DNA from: Macrostomum lignano
Taxonomy: Eukaryota
Direction of reading: 5' to 3'
NCBI GenBank assembly: GCA_002269645.1
Contig: NIVC01001312.1
Location: forward strand, 1-64,000
Length of the DNA stretch: 64,000 nucleotides
Shown in pieces: positions 24,173 to 41,700 of this stretch (the first letter of the stretch is position 1; each line of letters starts with the position of its first letter). The notes beneath the pieces are model-generated. The model was not told where the DNA came from. It searched no databases and was given only the letters and a program-made list of their open reading frames with translations. The position numbers and the translations under genes are program-made.

Positions 24173-24480
24173 TGTGGGCCGCAGCCCAGTGGTCCATCGC
24201 GGCGCTCTGATGTGCCAGCGGCCCGGGCTCGATTCCAAGTGCAGTCACGTTAATTTTGGGCTAAATTGGAATCTCGGCTTGCATGGCTCTGCTCGTGCAA
24301 TTAACGCCATTGAAGGCTGCAGTCCCCAAGGCACAGTGAAGTGTACATGCCTAAAGTTAGGGCCGCTGTACACTCCTGTGTGAGTGTGTGCCTGTGCGTA
24401 TGACTGCGTACGTATCCGCGCGCTTGTGTGCCTGCTCAGGGGAGTCGGCGGAATGGGCAGCAATGCCTCTCGCCGATTGT
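24173..24480 (+). mobile_element. tRNA-derived SINE family 2 (copy 2)
   Basis: Head GGGCCGCAGCCCAGTGG...GGGCTCGATTCCAAG; matches 5337 and 41277 copies. Confidence 0.8.
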
Positions 24481-25037
24481 GCAACAAGGTAGCTTGAGTG
24501 TTTAAGTGTCCACACAGCCCTCTGACTCTTAAACATTGTGCTAATTTTACAAAGCATTTTCTGATGTCAGATAACCGGAGCGTGTAAAATGACTCATTGG
24601 AGGTGGGACATGTACAGCAATTGGTACAGTACGCTCAAACCATGCAACCAATTGATATGATAGGCGCACCACACACTACTACTGTTCTAATGAACAAGTA
24701 GCCAGGCACAGACACACCACTCTGCATGTACCACACTGCCTAATCGCATAAAATTTTGTTTCTTGCCTGACGCGTTACAGTCACATAGGCTAAGCTGCAA
24801 AGTTAAGGGCTGGGGTTTTCTCAATCGCCTAAAATATACAATTTAGGCATCACCCACATAGCCCACTAGCCCACTGCTACCTTCAGTCAGATATCTGACA
24901 ATGGAGTATTGAAAATTGATCCAGCATAAAAGCTGCAACAGCTAAATATTTCTCATTTCATCGCGCTACAAGCTGCTGTAAAATTTGCCTTTCTCTTCAA
25001 CTGTCAATGCTGGATGGTTGCCAGCCTCTCGTTGGCT

Positions 25038-25045
25038 ATAAAAGA
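25038..25045 (+). promoter_or_regulatory. Candidate TATA box (TATAAAAG) upstream of the secreted-protein gene
   Basis: Consensus-like TATA ~105 bp before ATG 25146; position only. Confidence 0.35.
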
Positions 25046-25145
25046 AGCAAAAAAATCAATAAAAACCAGCTGCATTTAACTGCGACATCTATCTGGATAT
25101 TTGACCGTCAACAAGGAGTGCCACAGTGGAGCTTTCAAACTGAAG

Positions 25146-26054
25146 ATGCTGTTGCAGCAAAGTCGCATTGTTCTCACAATAGTGCTGGTTGAGGCAGCCA
25201 AGGCGGTCCTAACTGCCGCATCAGCTCACTGTTTCAAATACCGTCGGTACTCGTTCAAACCGATTTGCCCGAACCCCGCGAAGTCCCTAAAGACTGCGAA
25301 CGAAATTGACTGCGCAATCGCCGCGTCCATGCTAGACGCCGGGATCAGTATTGCTGTGACGTCATCAAATGGAGATCCGTGCCGGGTGACCGACGCCCTG
25401 TGCCCTCGCTACGAACTGTGCTTCACTGACTGTGCCGTGCTTATGCCAGTCAGCATGGTGAACACCCTTGAGCATCTTGTCATGAGCGTGAAGAGCGGCT
25501 GCGGTCACAAAGTGTTGAAGGTGCTGACAAACCCTGACCCGCCGCAACCTGACTACGTGATTCAACCGGCTCATCCGGATGCCGCCATTCTACCGGACAC
25601 CTTCCGTTCCGCTCTTCTGGACGACATTCCGCGCTTGATCTCCAGCCTGACCCACAAGCAGTTCATCGTGCAGCTGTACAAGAACTCAGAAGTCGTAGTC
25701 AGACTTGTATTCGACGTTGGGACGAATTCTGCCAGCGTTGACATCACGAACTGGTTCGCTAAAAACAGACTCATCGAGTCCTGGCCAATTACCGATATCG
25801 CTTCTCGAGACACCAACAAGTTTAGCATTGCCGGAGACAACAGTGAGCAGGTCAGCAGACATTTTTTTATCAACTACTTTTACGGCCACTGCCCCGGCGA
25901 CACTGGATTCGTGGCTGTACTGGATATGTCTGACGGCTGCAGTCACTGGAGCTTCACTGACCCTATTCCGAAGATTGTCTACAATACTAAGCCTGACCAG
26001 CCGTGGTCAACGAGCTCAATGTATGCCGACTACATCGCGGTGCTGGTGCGCTGA
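25146..26054 (+). CDS. Intronless putative secreted Cys-rich protein (~302 aa), PAN/apple-like N-terminal region plus uncharacterised C-terminal domain
   Basis: Long non-repetitive GC-rich ORF (track 25101-26054); hydrophobic N-terminus MLLQQSRIVLTIVLVEAAKAVLTAASA; Cys-rich segment; AATAAA at ~26309. Confidence 0.75.
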   Translation: MLLQQSRIVLTIVLVEAAKAVLTAASAHCFKYRRYSFKPICPNPAKSLKTANEIDCAIAASMLDAGISIAVTSSNGDPCRVTDALCPRYELCFTDCAVLMPVSMVNTLEHLVMSVKSGCGHKVLKVLTNPDPPQPDYVIQPAHPDAAILPDTFRSALLDDIPRLISSLTHKQFIVQLYKNSEVVVRLVFDVGTNSASVDITNWFAKNRLIESWPITDIASRDTNKFSIAGDNSEQVSRHFFINYFYGHCPGDTGFVAVLDMSDGCSHWSFTDPIPKIVYNTKPDQPWSTSSMYADYIAVLVR

Positions 26055-26080
26055 GGTCTGGCAGAACAGGGTCCAAGCAG

Positions 26081-30842
<4,762 letters not shown>

Positions 30843-31299
30843 CCCCAGCTCAGGCTCAGACATTTGACTAGTCCGAAAAAAGTCAAGTCTCCGATGCACT
30901 TTCATTGAAAGCCCGTGTTACAACATGCTACACCTGTTCAGTAATACTTCGTACGTACATATCTACACAGAACTCAATAGAATATCGGTATTTGTTAAAT
31001 AGCTGAAGCTACAGCTAAAACATGTATTGATCGCTTGCGGCCGAGTAGTGTAATATTCACTGCTATTTCACTGCTCTTCTCTCTTGTTGCTAAGTCATCT
31101 GTGCCTCGCAATATTTACGGGACTTCTGCTTAATCCGTCCATCATGCAGTCACAGGCTGTGCGTTTCTTTGCGCTGATTCGAACTTCATTTAAACAAATA
31201 AACTCGCAATGGCGTCCCGTTCCAAGCAGCTGCGCTTGCTTCACTTCCGCTTCAGCTGAATTTAGCTTGACAGGAGTTGTGTCTTTTTATTATTGTTAA

Positions 31300-32165
<866 letters not shown>

Positions 32166-33463
32166 CTATCATCTATCATTTTTGCAGTGGATTCGGCAGT
32201 CTGAGATCTAGTAAAACATCTCAAAAAATCATTTTCTTCCCTCCCAAACCAGCAGAATGCATAAACTCCACTTGATTAATTAAATATCGACCCGTGCGGT
32301 AGCATAGGTGGATATAACACACGGAACCAACTGAGCCAACCGCTTTAGTTTTTTGAATCAATTCCCAGGAATTTCGACAGGGCAAAAATCTGTCAGCAAG
32401 CGTAATAGAGGTGGAGGCACTACGCATTTCTCACAGAATTAGATTGCGCGCATTTGCTTCGAGCAATCAATAGCATCCAAATCCAAAGAAAGTTTTGCTT
32501 GAATTAGTTAAGGAGGAGAGGTTTTGGCAGGGTTCTATTAGCTGATGTGTGGAATTATCCAGAAAACGGGAATAGTTATGGGTAGGCTGCCTGGGTTGAA
32601 ACGCGATTGAAACGCTCTACATTTGTCCGCCGTCACTGTCTATGGTTGAAGCATATTTCAATTATATTCAATTCATCACTTATAGCCACTGTATATTTCA
32701 CTGCCAACAAACACAAGACCAAACACAACAGGAATGAAACACGAAGTAAACGAAATAATTCAGTAAATAACGCTTGGAAGCTCAAAATGATATGTGGCTG
32801 GAGAGTTCATCAATAGTTACCTCAATAGTTTTTTTAATCTCAATACCAGATATTTTTTGAAGCGCTTCACATGGAGAGCGGTTTGATTCGTGGTCGATTT
32901 GCGTTTGGCAGCCTCTTCGACGTCTTGCACAGCAGCTTCCTCTTCCTCTTCTATCCTCTTCTCGATGTCCAAGTTGCTGCAGAAACTCAATCTCATTCAT
33001 TTCTAAACCGCTAATATCTTCCTCTAGTATTGATTCCCAGTGAAACATGGCTAATTCCGAACCTTAAAGCTGTTTAAATCTTATTTTCTCTCCCACCCAC
33101 CAAGAGAAGAATGCTTCAAACCCTATTTGGGTTTCAACCATAGACAGTCTCCGCGGACTGCGAAACCGCCACGAAGCATATAGCTAAAGCTTTTTCAACC
33201 ATAGACAGTTTCTGTGGACGTGAAACCGCGTTGTGCTTCCGCGCTTCAGCCTAACCCATAACACTAATATGGACTGGCTTTTCAGCGCCGAGGCGTTTCA
33301 GTTCATTTTAGTCCTCAACAGCCAGTCTATATTAATATATTCCTGCCACAGAATATCCACAGTATGCTCTGCATGAAGTCGCAGATACGCACTGAGCCTA
33401 CTCTTTGGGGTAAAGAAATCAGGCACGAGTACATGTAGTAGAAACCATAGACTATCTAAAAGC

Positions 33464-34040
33464 AGCTAATTGCTCAATGCTTGTTTGTTCATCGGTTATA
33501 GTTTGACACTGCTGTGAGTCAAACACTTAGATATAGGAGCTTTTTCATTTCATTTGATAAGTAATAGCGCCTCAGCCCTAACTGGGCTCCTACGCTAATG
33601 GTACTTATATTTCAAACTATTTTTGAAAGTAAAATTCTTTTTACAAATCCCAGTTTAGAATTTAAGATCAAGGTGTCAAACTATAACCAGACTAACTAAC
33701 TAACTAAAATAAGTAAAAAAGGCGCCTCAGCCATTGAACAGGCTCCTACGCCACTAGGAATAAATTAGGTTCCAGGCTGGGAGTGTACTCAGGTACACTA
33801 AGCTTCTAAATTAGACTATAGGAGACTGTGACCAATCAAGCCGAGCAGGCGACACCAGTCGGGCTGAGGGCGGGCCCTACCCCCAGCTGTCGGGGCGTCA
33901 CACCTACTCCAAACTCCAAACTAAACCTCCCCGGGGCTAGAGGGGATTAAATGAACCAATCAAGGTGTCAAACTATAACCAGACTCACAGCAGTGTCAAA
34001 CTATAACCGCGATGAACGAAAAAGCATTGAGCAATTAGCT
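33464..34040. mobile_element. MITE-like element with ~55 bp imperfect terminal inverted repeats
   Basis: AGCTAATTGCTCAATGCTT...GGTTATAGTTTGACACTGCTGTGAGTC (33464-33520) is inverted at 33981-34040; internal direct duplications of TCAAGGTGTCAAACTATAACCAGACT. Confidence 0.65.
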
Positions 34041-35019
34041 TCAGTTTGAACTACTTGCTTTCTTCTCCACAAGAGTAGCTTGTTCGCATATTAATTTCCA
34101 AACATCGCGCAACAGCCGATCGGGCATTCCGTGTATATTCTGTGGATTTGCCTCAACGCTGCTTGTGGAAGGATTTGCAGGACTAGCAAAATGTATAATT
34201 AACTCAGACAGCTGGCTGGGCGCGCCAAAACCAATATTAAGAGGGCAGCTAATTGATTATTACAGCGCAGGCACAAGCGCAGACCAAACAGGGAGACGTT
34301 TTCATGCCAATGCCAGGTTCGCGGCCCCAAGGTGATGCAGTCTCACGCACTCTTCGCTCAGCTGCTCAGGACTGCCTAAGCCAAACAGTTGCTAAGCGTC
34401 CACAACAAGGCCTGCCTCATCAATAGTTCATCAGCAGGGGAAGGCAGGCCCGATGGGAAACAGGCAACATCGGCCAACCAATGCCAGAGCTCGAACAGGG
34501 GGCAGGCTAGTGTTACACTGAACTGCTTCTCACACCTTTATCGAAATATGAGGAGATGCCGGGGTTGAGACCGGAGCGTCGTCAATGCATAGAGCCTACT
34601 ACAAACGAGCGAAGTCCAGATACCTTAACAGTCGAAAGGCGTCAATGTTTTGAACAAAACGGCTTTGTAAAAGCCAAAAACAAAACATCGTCAAGGCAAC
34701 TGAAAGGTAAGGGAAGTTTCTGTTTTCAATTTATAGAAACAGCAGCAAGTCAACGGTTGACAGTAGTTAGTTCCCAACGGCCCATATTTGGTAACAAGAA
34801 AACGCCAATCACTCACGGCAACCGCATTAATTTATCCCCTTTTGAAAATCGCATTCTACTCCCAACGCCTGCATCTGGATAATGAAAATTATTTTACAAG
34901 CAATATCGAATGTCAAAGGCCGATCTGAAAGATTGGAACCAGTTTACTTTGCTGGCGACTGGCCCTGTCTACATTTGTAGGCCAGGTTGAAATTCAAAGG
35001 CGGTGCTGCTAACAGCAAC

Positions 35020-38000
35020 ATGGCGGAAGCAATGGCGATAATCCTAGGGCTCCTGGTTGCTCAGGCCTCCGCTGTAAACCTAAAAGTTGGCGTGATCACG
35101 GAGGCCTGGAACTTGAACAGCTCGCTCATCGACGTCGCCTTCGCCAGACGGGTCAACTACAACTGGAGAGTGCTGCAGGGCCACACACTCTCATATGTGC
35201 ATGTCAATGTGAGCTCGTGCAGCTCACACCAGGCTGTCAGGACTGGTGAGTTGAAGCATTTGCTACGCGACTCAATCGCTGCTCTGCTCAACCTGCTCAA
35301 TCAATGCACACAATTGAAGCATGAATTGCACGAATGCAAGTGTGAGTGCGAGCTGTGAAACTGTGCATGTGTCTGTGTGTCTCGCTCTGCAGTGTGCTCG
35401 GAAAGCGGCCTGTCAGGTCTGATTGGCGTCGGCAGCTGCTCTCTGCTGGATGAAGTGAGCTCACTGAGCAAGTCTCTGCAGCTGCCGCTGATCGCCCTGC
35501 CGACTGGACTGTGCGACTCTGCTCGGCTGAGCAAAGGTAACTGAGATCGATTTCTGACATCTTTCCATCATTTCTATCTGTATTCGGTTTCGACATGAAA
35601 TCACGCGGAAATTGCAGACATGACCATCGTGGGCAGCCACAGCTCAGCAAACATCGTCGCTGCAGCTGCCTCCGTCAGCACTTCGGACTCCGTAGCCCGT
35701 GATGTGGCTATTCTATACGATAAACAGCAGAGTGAGTGATATTTTGACAGTGATACAATAATTAGATGGCGTTTTTGAATGCGCTAGCCTGTGTGACTTA
35801 TTTGAAGTTATTTAGAAACTTAATGTTTAGGATTTTTAAATGCTATGTATTGATTCACGCGTGTGCATCCGAATCGCTTCAGGTACAGCAGTGCTGCAGA
35901 ACCTGCAGTCCAGTCTCTCCTCTGCCGGTGTGAGCAGTCTCACATTCCGAGTGGACGACACTCTCAACGCTTCTGTTACTCCTGACCTGGTGCACCACCT
36001 CAAGCGGCTGGTCAAGAAGAAAGTGTTCAAGCTGCTGCTGTTCGCCTCTCCTCGCAATGCTCTCAGTGTGCTCAGGCTCGCCAGGGAAGCTGCAGTGATG
36101 CAGCAGAACTACTTCTGGCTTGTGCTCGACACCGGACTGTCCAAGGCCGATGTGCTCAGCGTGACGCCGGCGAACGCGAACGTCGCTCTGCTGAGAGGCA
36201 GCGTGTTCACCGAGTGCACAGCAGCAGTGATGGATGTGTTTCCTCAGTGCCAGACGGACTGGCTTCGGGTGAGCGTTTCATGTGTGCTGCTTGATGGCTG
36301 CAGGGATTCATCATGCAGCACCGCACGTGTGCAATGCATGCCACTGTCGCACTCGATCTCGCACTCGATCTCGCACTCGATTGTCGCATTCGCATTTGCA
36401 TTCGACAGACTCTGGACGCTCGCTTCGTAGACGCCGTAGAAGCCATGGCCAAGGCGCTCAACGAATCGCTGCTAGATCCGGGATTCTCTCCCGGCAACGC
36501 CTCGTGTGCACCACTGCGCCACTGGACATCGGGCTCGGCTGTGTTCAACAGACTCATGAGTGTGAGTGAGCTCACTAGCTAGCAAGCATTGACAAGCATT
36601 ACTAGTTTCGAGCTGGTCTCTCCCCAATCCCTACTCGATGTGCAGATTAGCGACTATGACACTCAGCGAGGCCTGATCTCGTTCAACAGCTCGACCAGAC
36701 ACTTCAGCTCGCAACGAGTCGAAGTCGTCGCGTCCTACAATGAGCTGTGGTCGTCTCCGGTCTCGATGCTGAGGTCGGCTCAGTTCAATGTATCGAGCGG
36801 AGCTCTGAGCAAGCTGTTCCGCTACAAGGGAGTCAGTTTGGCATTCCCCAACACCTTCATGGGGTTCAAGAACCAGACCATTGTAGTTTGTACCCCGGAG
36901 GTATGTGCTTTACTTTTTTGTGAAATTTGCAGCCATATTTTGTGCTTTTTAAATTTAATTTACTGTTTGATTTCCGCAGAGTCCTCCAATGACAAATTTT
37001 GAGAAGAGGTTTTCCAACAGTACAGTGATTATTAACGGAATGACTTTTGATCTGCTTAATATTCTCGCTTCAAAGCTTGAGTTCCGGTGAGGCATTGTGT
37101 CTTTTGAGTTATTGGCAGAACTCTGGTTGTATTATGCCAGAATTGGCTAAGTAGAATTGGTAGTTTTCCAATGCAAACGGAGAGACCCAAGCCTATATAA
37201 GAACCCATAACTACCCATTCTGCGCAGGTTCTACACAAAAGACTCCGACGATGGCAACTGGGGTGCTCCAGTTCCGAATCAGCCATATTTTAATGGATGC
37301 GTTGGGGAGTTGCAGCGAGGTGTAAGTAACATTAAAAAATTGTTGTGCGCCTCTTTTTAGGATAACTACAAGTTAGCTTCAAGTTCTGTAGCGCCGACTG
37401 ACATTGAAAATTATCCGAAATTAGATTGAACTTTTTATGGTGACAAATTTTGGTATTATACGAGCGCTGAGCATGGCTCAACGTGCTTCTTCAACATATC
37501 CCACTCTATATATTATCAAAAAATTATTTTTTGGCCCGAGTTTAGAATTTCTGTTGCTTGACACGAACTGAGTAATAAATACATCATTAAACCACTTTAA
37601 AGTTCACTCTCAGGGAGGTTATTGACATAGATTTTTTTGCGGGATTTAACGATACTTTCCCGGACAGATTGCAAGGATTATTGTATGTATCTTCGCCCCC
37701 ACACCCCCATCCCCAACTTCAACCATAGACATACAAGTATGGCTCCGGGATTTATCTGAATACATCCCGCAAAATTGAAGTAGTTTAAATAAGATATTCT
37801 ATGGGTTTGAGGTCGGTATGCAATTAAATCCCGAGAGCCAAAGGTCAAAGGCTCGAGGGATTTAAGTGAAATACCGACCTCAAACCCATAGAATATCTTA
37901 TACTTACCCACTTGTTTGACTTATCTATGGTCGTAAGCGGCTGAGGACGCGTTTATTGGCCAAAATAAATAAAACAAGTGGGGAATAACATATACTATTA

Positions 38001-40907
38001 ATGGGTTTGGCGCTGCTAATGCGAGCTAGTTGCCATAAGATAACTGCAAATGCTAAATAAAAAAATGCAGTCAAGTGTGTGAAGAATAAATACTCCCAAA
38101 TCTACTTTACGCTCGTAGTTAGTCACGATCGCAGCCGGACCATTCACGAGGACTACAACGAGAGACTCAGTGATTGACTACTCAACGCCTCTGTTTCAAG
38201 AGTCGAATGGCATTCTACTGCCCAGGCCTCCTCCAGCGTCGAAAATGTGGAACGTCTATTTGCCTTTTAACTACGACGTTTGGATTTCAGTAATTGTACT
38301 CTTGTTCATCTGCTCGTTTATCACCTGGATTCTAGCGTACTTTTCACCTTTCACTGCCTACAATCTCAAAGAAGAATACGCGATTGCTGACGAAGTCTGG
38401 TTCCAAGAGTACGTTTGGAGCGTCGTTGGAAGCTTCTTACAGCAGGGCCAGGACTTTTATCCCTTTGCAATGTCGCCAAGAACTATTCTGGCATTCTGGT
38501 GGATGTTTACGGTCATTATATATGGACTTACACTGGTAGGTCTTTTTTAGTAACAAGCGCGGACTGTGAAATTTTAGTGATCGTGCCTGAAGCTCTTCAT
38601 ATCTGCATATTTTACTTACTCCTACACAGGAGATTTAACAGCGCATCTGACCGTCACCATCACTGACTATCCGATCAAGACATTGTCGGATCTGGTGTCT
38701 CAAACCGCCATCAAGCCGTACGTTCCAGCTGGCACAAACTTGTACACCCTGTTCAAGGAGTCTAACTCAGGCGTCTACAAGCAGGTTGCGGATGTCATGG
38801 TGGATTTGGGGCCCTACGATTACTGCCCGGATTCCGTGAGTTGCCAGTGGTTGTATTGCCCTTGCAGAGACGTGCGAATGTCAGGATGTGACTCAAATTT
38901 TTACCCACAAAGAGACAGGGGCGCCCACCCAGAGACAGAGAAGTCCACCAAAAGACCAAATATTGAAGCCTCTCATCGTTGCGGCCCCATCCAGATAAAA
39001 TTACTGCATACGTAACTGTTCGACAGTGAATTCAATGTTTATAAGTACGGCATGCTTTTTCATAATGCTCATACCTAGTTTGATTCTGATGATTAGATAA
39101 CATAAAATGCCGCCGTCTACGACCGTCTGCTATTTAGATTGCTTCATATAATTTGAGCTAATAGTATTGAAATATTTAATACCAGTTGAATTTGCGTTTA
39201 TTAGGACATCCAGTATTTTTTCTTGTCTGCGACCCTGTCAGCAAAAGATGGAGCCAGACGAAACAACCTGTTTAGCCTTAATCATCAAACAAAACATTAC
39301 ATGAGTTGGGTATATTTTTCTCGCTGAATGCAGCTCATGTTTCTATTCAGCTTTCCAACTCCCATGTTGTCTGAAGCACTTCAAAGCACTTCATCAAGAC
39401 TTACAAGTCAACTATGAAAATGAACACGAGGGGGGATCGATGATGCGAGAGTGATGCAGGAGTTTTAGGGCGAGAATTCGGCCGTTAAAAACGATAATCA
39501 GGAAGTGGTGCCAGCTCTTTTAAGATGGTTGGGACACCGTTGAGGAAGCTCATCACAGTGGAAGAGCTGCCTCAACAGGACACCGAGCGTGTGCGTCACA
39601 CAGGAGCTCTCAGAATTTGTTGGTCTGTCAACTCGAGCTGTCCATGAAATCTAGACCGCTGAGCACTGGAATGAGTCGCGTTATTGCAAGCGGGTTGCTA
39701 GGGCTGCTCAGCGACACCCAGCATTAAAACAGACTTGGAGCTTGCTGTCAGCTCCTGAATACCTACTGCACTCACAGGGCACGAATGGCAGTCACATTAT
39801 TCCTAGCCTGAATCCAAAAGGCAGAGCAGCGTCTGAAATTGGGTGATGGATATTAGGGTCTGACAAGCAAATAGCAACCGTGTTCTGAGATAGGCAAGAA
39901 AAATCTTGCATATCGAGGAGAAATTTATTATTTGTTACTTTTGAAAGAGTGTGTTTGGAAAAATTTATTAAAAAAATTCCTAGATTGGAAATTCTCTGTG
40001 AATAAATCAGTTTTTTTCTGTTTTCAGGCAGGACCATATAGTATAGCCTTGTATTTTTTCTACTATACACAATTTCAGGTTGTCAGACAAGAAAGGGCCT
40101 GTTTAAACGACTACACGTACCTATTGGCTATAGCCATGAAGAACTGCACACAATATTATCTTGCCGAAGAGACGTTCAACACGGCCACAGTGGCATTCAT
40201 GTATCCCGACGATGCCTACTTCGCTGAGTATTTTGACTTCTAGTGAGTATACCAACAACGCTTATAATCCTATTTGGCTTTTGTTGCATGCTACATGTTC
40301 CAAGGTCCATGGAATTTTGGACGCAAAACCAAGACCTAAGCCTAGCTTGTGTAAAATTTGTCCGCAGTCAACTGTCGTGCTCCAACGTTTTCTGGATACT
40401 ACGTAGAATTTAAAACTTACGAGTAGCAATTGTACCAAGTTAAATATGTTCATCGCTTTATCGAAGCATTTTAGCAAGACCTATGGAATAAAGCTTTGTT
40501 GGTGCAGTAGCAAAACAGGCAAAATAAGCATGCCTGTCATGCATTTTAGAACACTTCAGGAAAAGTAAAACAATAATGCTTTACTATTTCTAGCATTTAT
40601 TGTCAAGCTGTTCATTAACTACGGGCGTCAGTGACTACTCAGCTAAATAACTAATTCATTTTTTATTAGTATGCAGAAGCTGCTGGAGACTGGTCTGATG
40701 CAGCGGCTATTCAAAATCTATTGGTCAAGCGACATCGTCTGCACTGTTGGCAAGTCGACCGAAGCTAACTCCATCAATTTCAAAGGCGTTGAAGGCTGCT
40801 TTATTGTCACTGGCTGCCTTTACGGCGTTGGTTTAATTCTGCTGCTGCTGGAATTGGCCTGGACTAAGCTGGCCAAAAAACAGCCCTTGGATTGTGTCAT
40901 CTACTGA
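35020..40907 (+). CDS. Ionotropic glutamate receptor-family paralog A (ATD-S1-M1/M2/M3-S2-M4), apparent 1-nt deletion at ~38527
   Basis: Signal peptide; ATD exons; AAGPFTRTTTRDSVIDYSTPLF; SFLQQGQDF; GDLTAHLTV; MKNC; C-terminus AKKQPLDCVIY. Hand-spliced exons are otherwise in phase. Confidence 0.9.
39400..39780 (+). pseudogene. Degenerate mariner-type transposase N-terminal relic in an intron of paralog A
   Basis: Broken translation IRKWCQLF*DGWDTVEEAHHSGRAAST...VTQELSEFVGLSTRAVHEI resembles the mariner HTH region (W...FKDGR.SVEDE.RSGRP...ELA..GIS..TV..I); contains stops and frameshifts. Confidence 0.5.
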
Positions 40908-41119
40908 TTTTTTTAACTCTATGATTGGTTCGAATTAACGGACAGAACTAATCTAGCTGCGTCTCTTGAGTTAAATACTATTTTAATAATTGACGTTCAG
41001 TGGCGTACGCTGAATTTTTATTGATGATGTCAGGCCTTGTCAAGCCTTGGAGGGGCCGCAACCATAGGGGTGCCGTTATTTTGTGTCTTAGTTGGCGCCC
41101 CGCCTCCTATTTGGCATTC

Positions 41120-41700
41120 CTGTCTCTAGGCGACCGCTGCTGTCTCTAGGCGACCGCTCCTGTCTCTTGGTGACCGCTCTTGTCTCTTGGTGACCACTCC
41201 TGTCTCTTGGTGACCGCTCTTGTCTCTTGGTGACCGCTGTCTTGGTGACCGCTCTTGTCTATTGGTGACCGCTGTCTTTTTTTTTAATTCGAGGCAGGGG
41301 GGTTGTGTGCACCCTGGCGCACTTTAAGCGACATGGGCACACAACCGGCGAGAGGCATTACTGCCCATTCCGCCGACTCCCCTGAGCAGGCATACAAGCG
41401 CGCGGATACGTACGCAGGCACACACTCACACAGGAATGTACAGCGGCCCTAACTTTATATTATCGTTAGGCATGTACACTTCACTGCGCCTTAGGGGGTT
41501 GGCTCTCAAGGCCGTTAATTGCACGAGCAGAGCCAAGCCGAGATTCCAATTCAGCCCCAAATTAATGTGACTGCACTTGGAATCGAGCCTGGGTCGCTGG
41601 CACACCAGAGCAGCTGCGCTACCGCTGGGCTACGGCCCCCCTTGACCGCTGTCTTGGTAACCGCTCCTGTCTCTTGGTGACCACTTCTGTCTCTTGGTAG
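41120..41700. repeat. ~20 bp TCTTGGTGACCGCTCCTGTC repeat, split by the SINE insertion
   Basis: Units on both sides of 41277-41641. Confidence 0.8.
41277..41641 (-). mobile_element. Full-length tRNA-derived SINE family 2 with poly(A) tail and TSD-like flanks
   Basis: Poly-T at 41277-41285; TGACCGCTGTCTT on both flanks; head GGGGCCGTAGCCCAGCGG...GGCTCGATTCCAAG on the minus strand. Confidence 0.8.

Noticed and set aside
32782-33048. Possible Harbinger-type transposase N-terminal relic
   Set aside because: Similarity too weak to support by eye.
35246-35358. ORF extension ELKHLLRDSIAALLNLLNQCTQLKHELHECKCECEL shared by all four receptor copies, as a conserved coiled-coil peptide
   Set aside because: It is read-through into intron 1 (GTGAGT donor, downstream CAG acceptor in phase). 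Its conservation is explained by the homogenised tract, although intron retention was not excluded.
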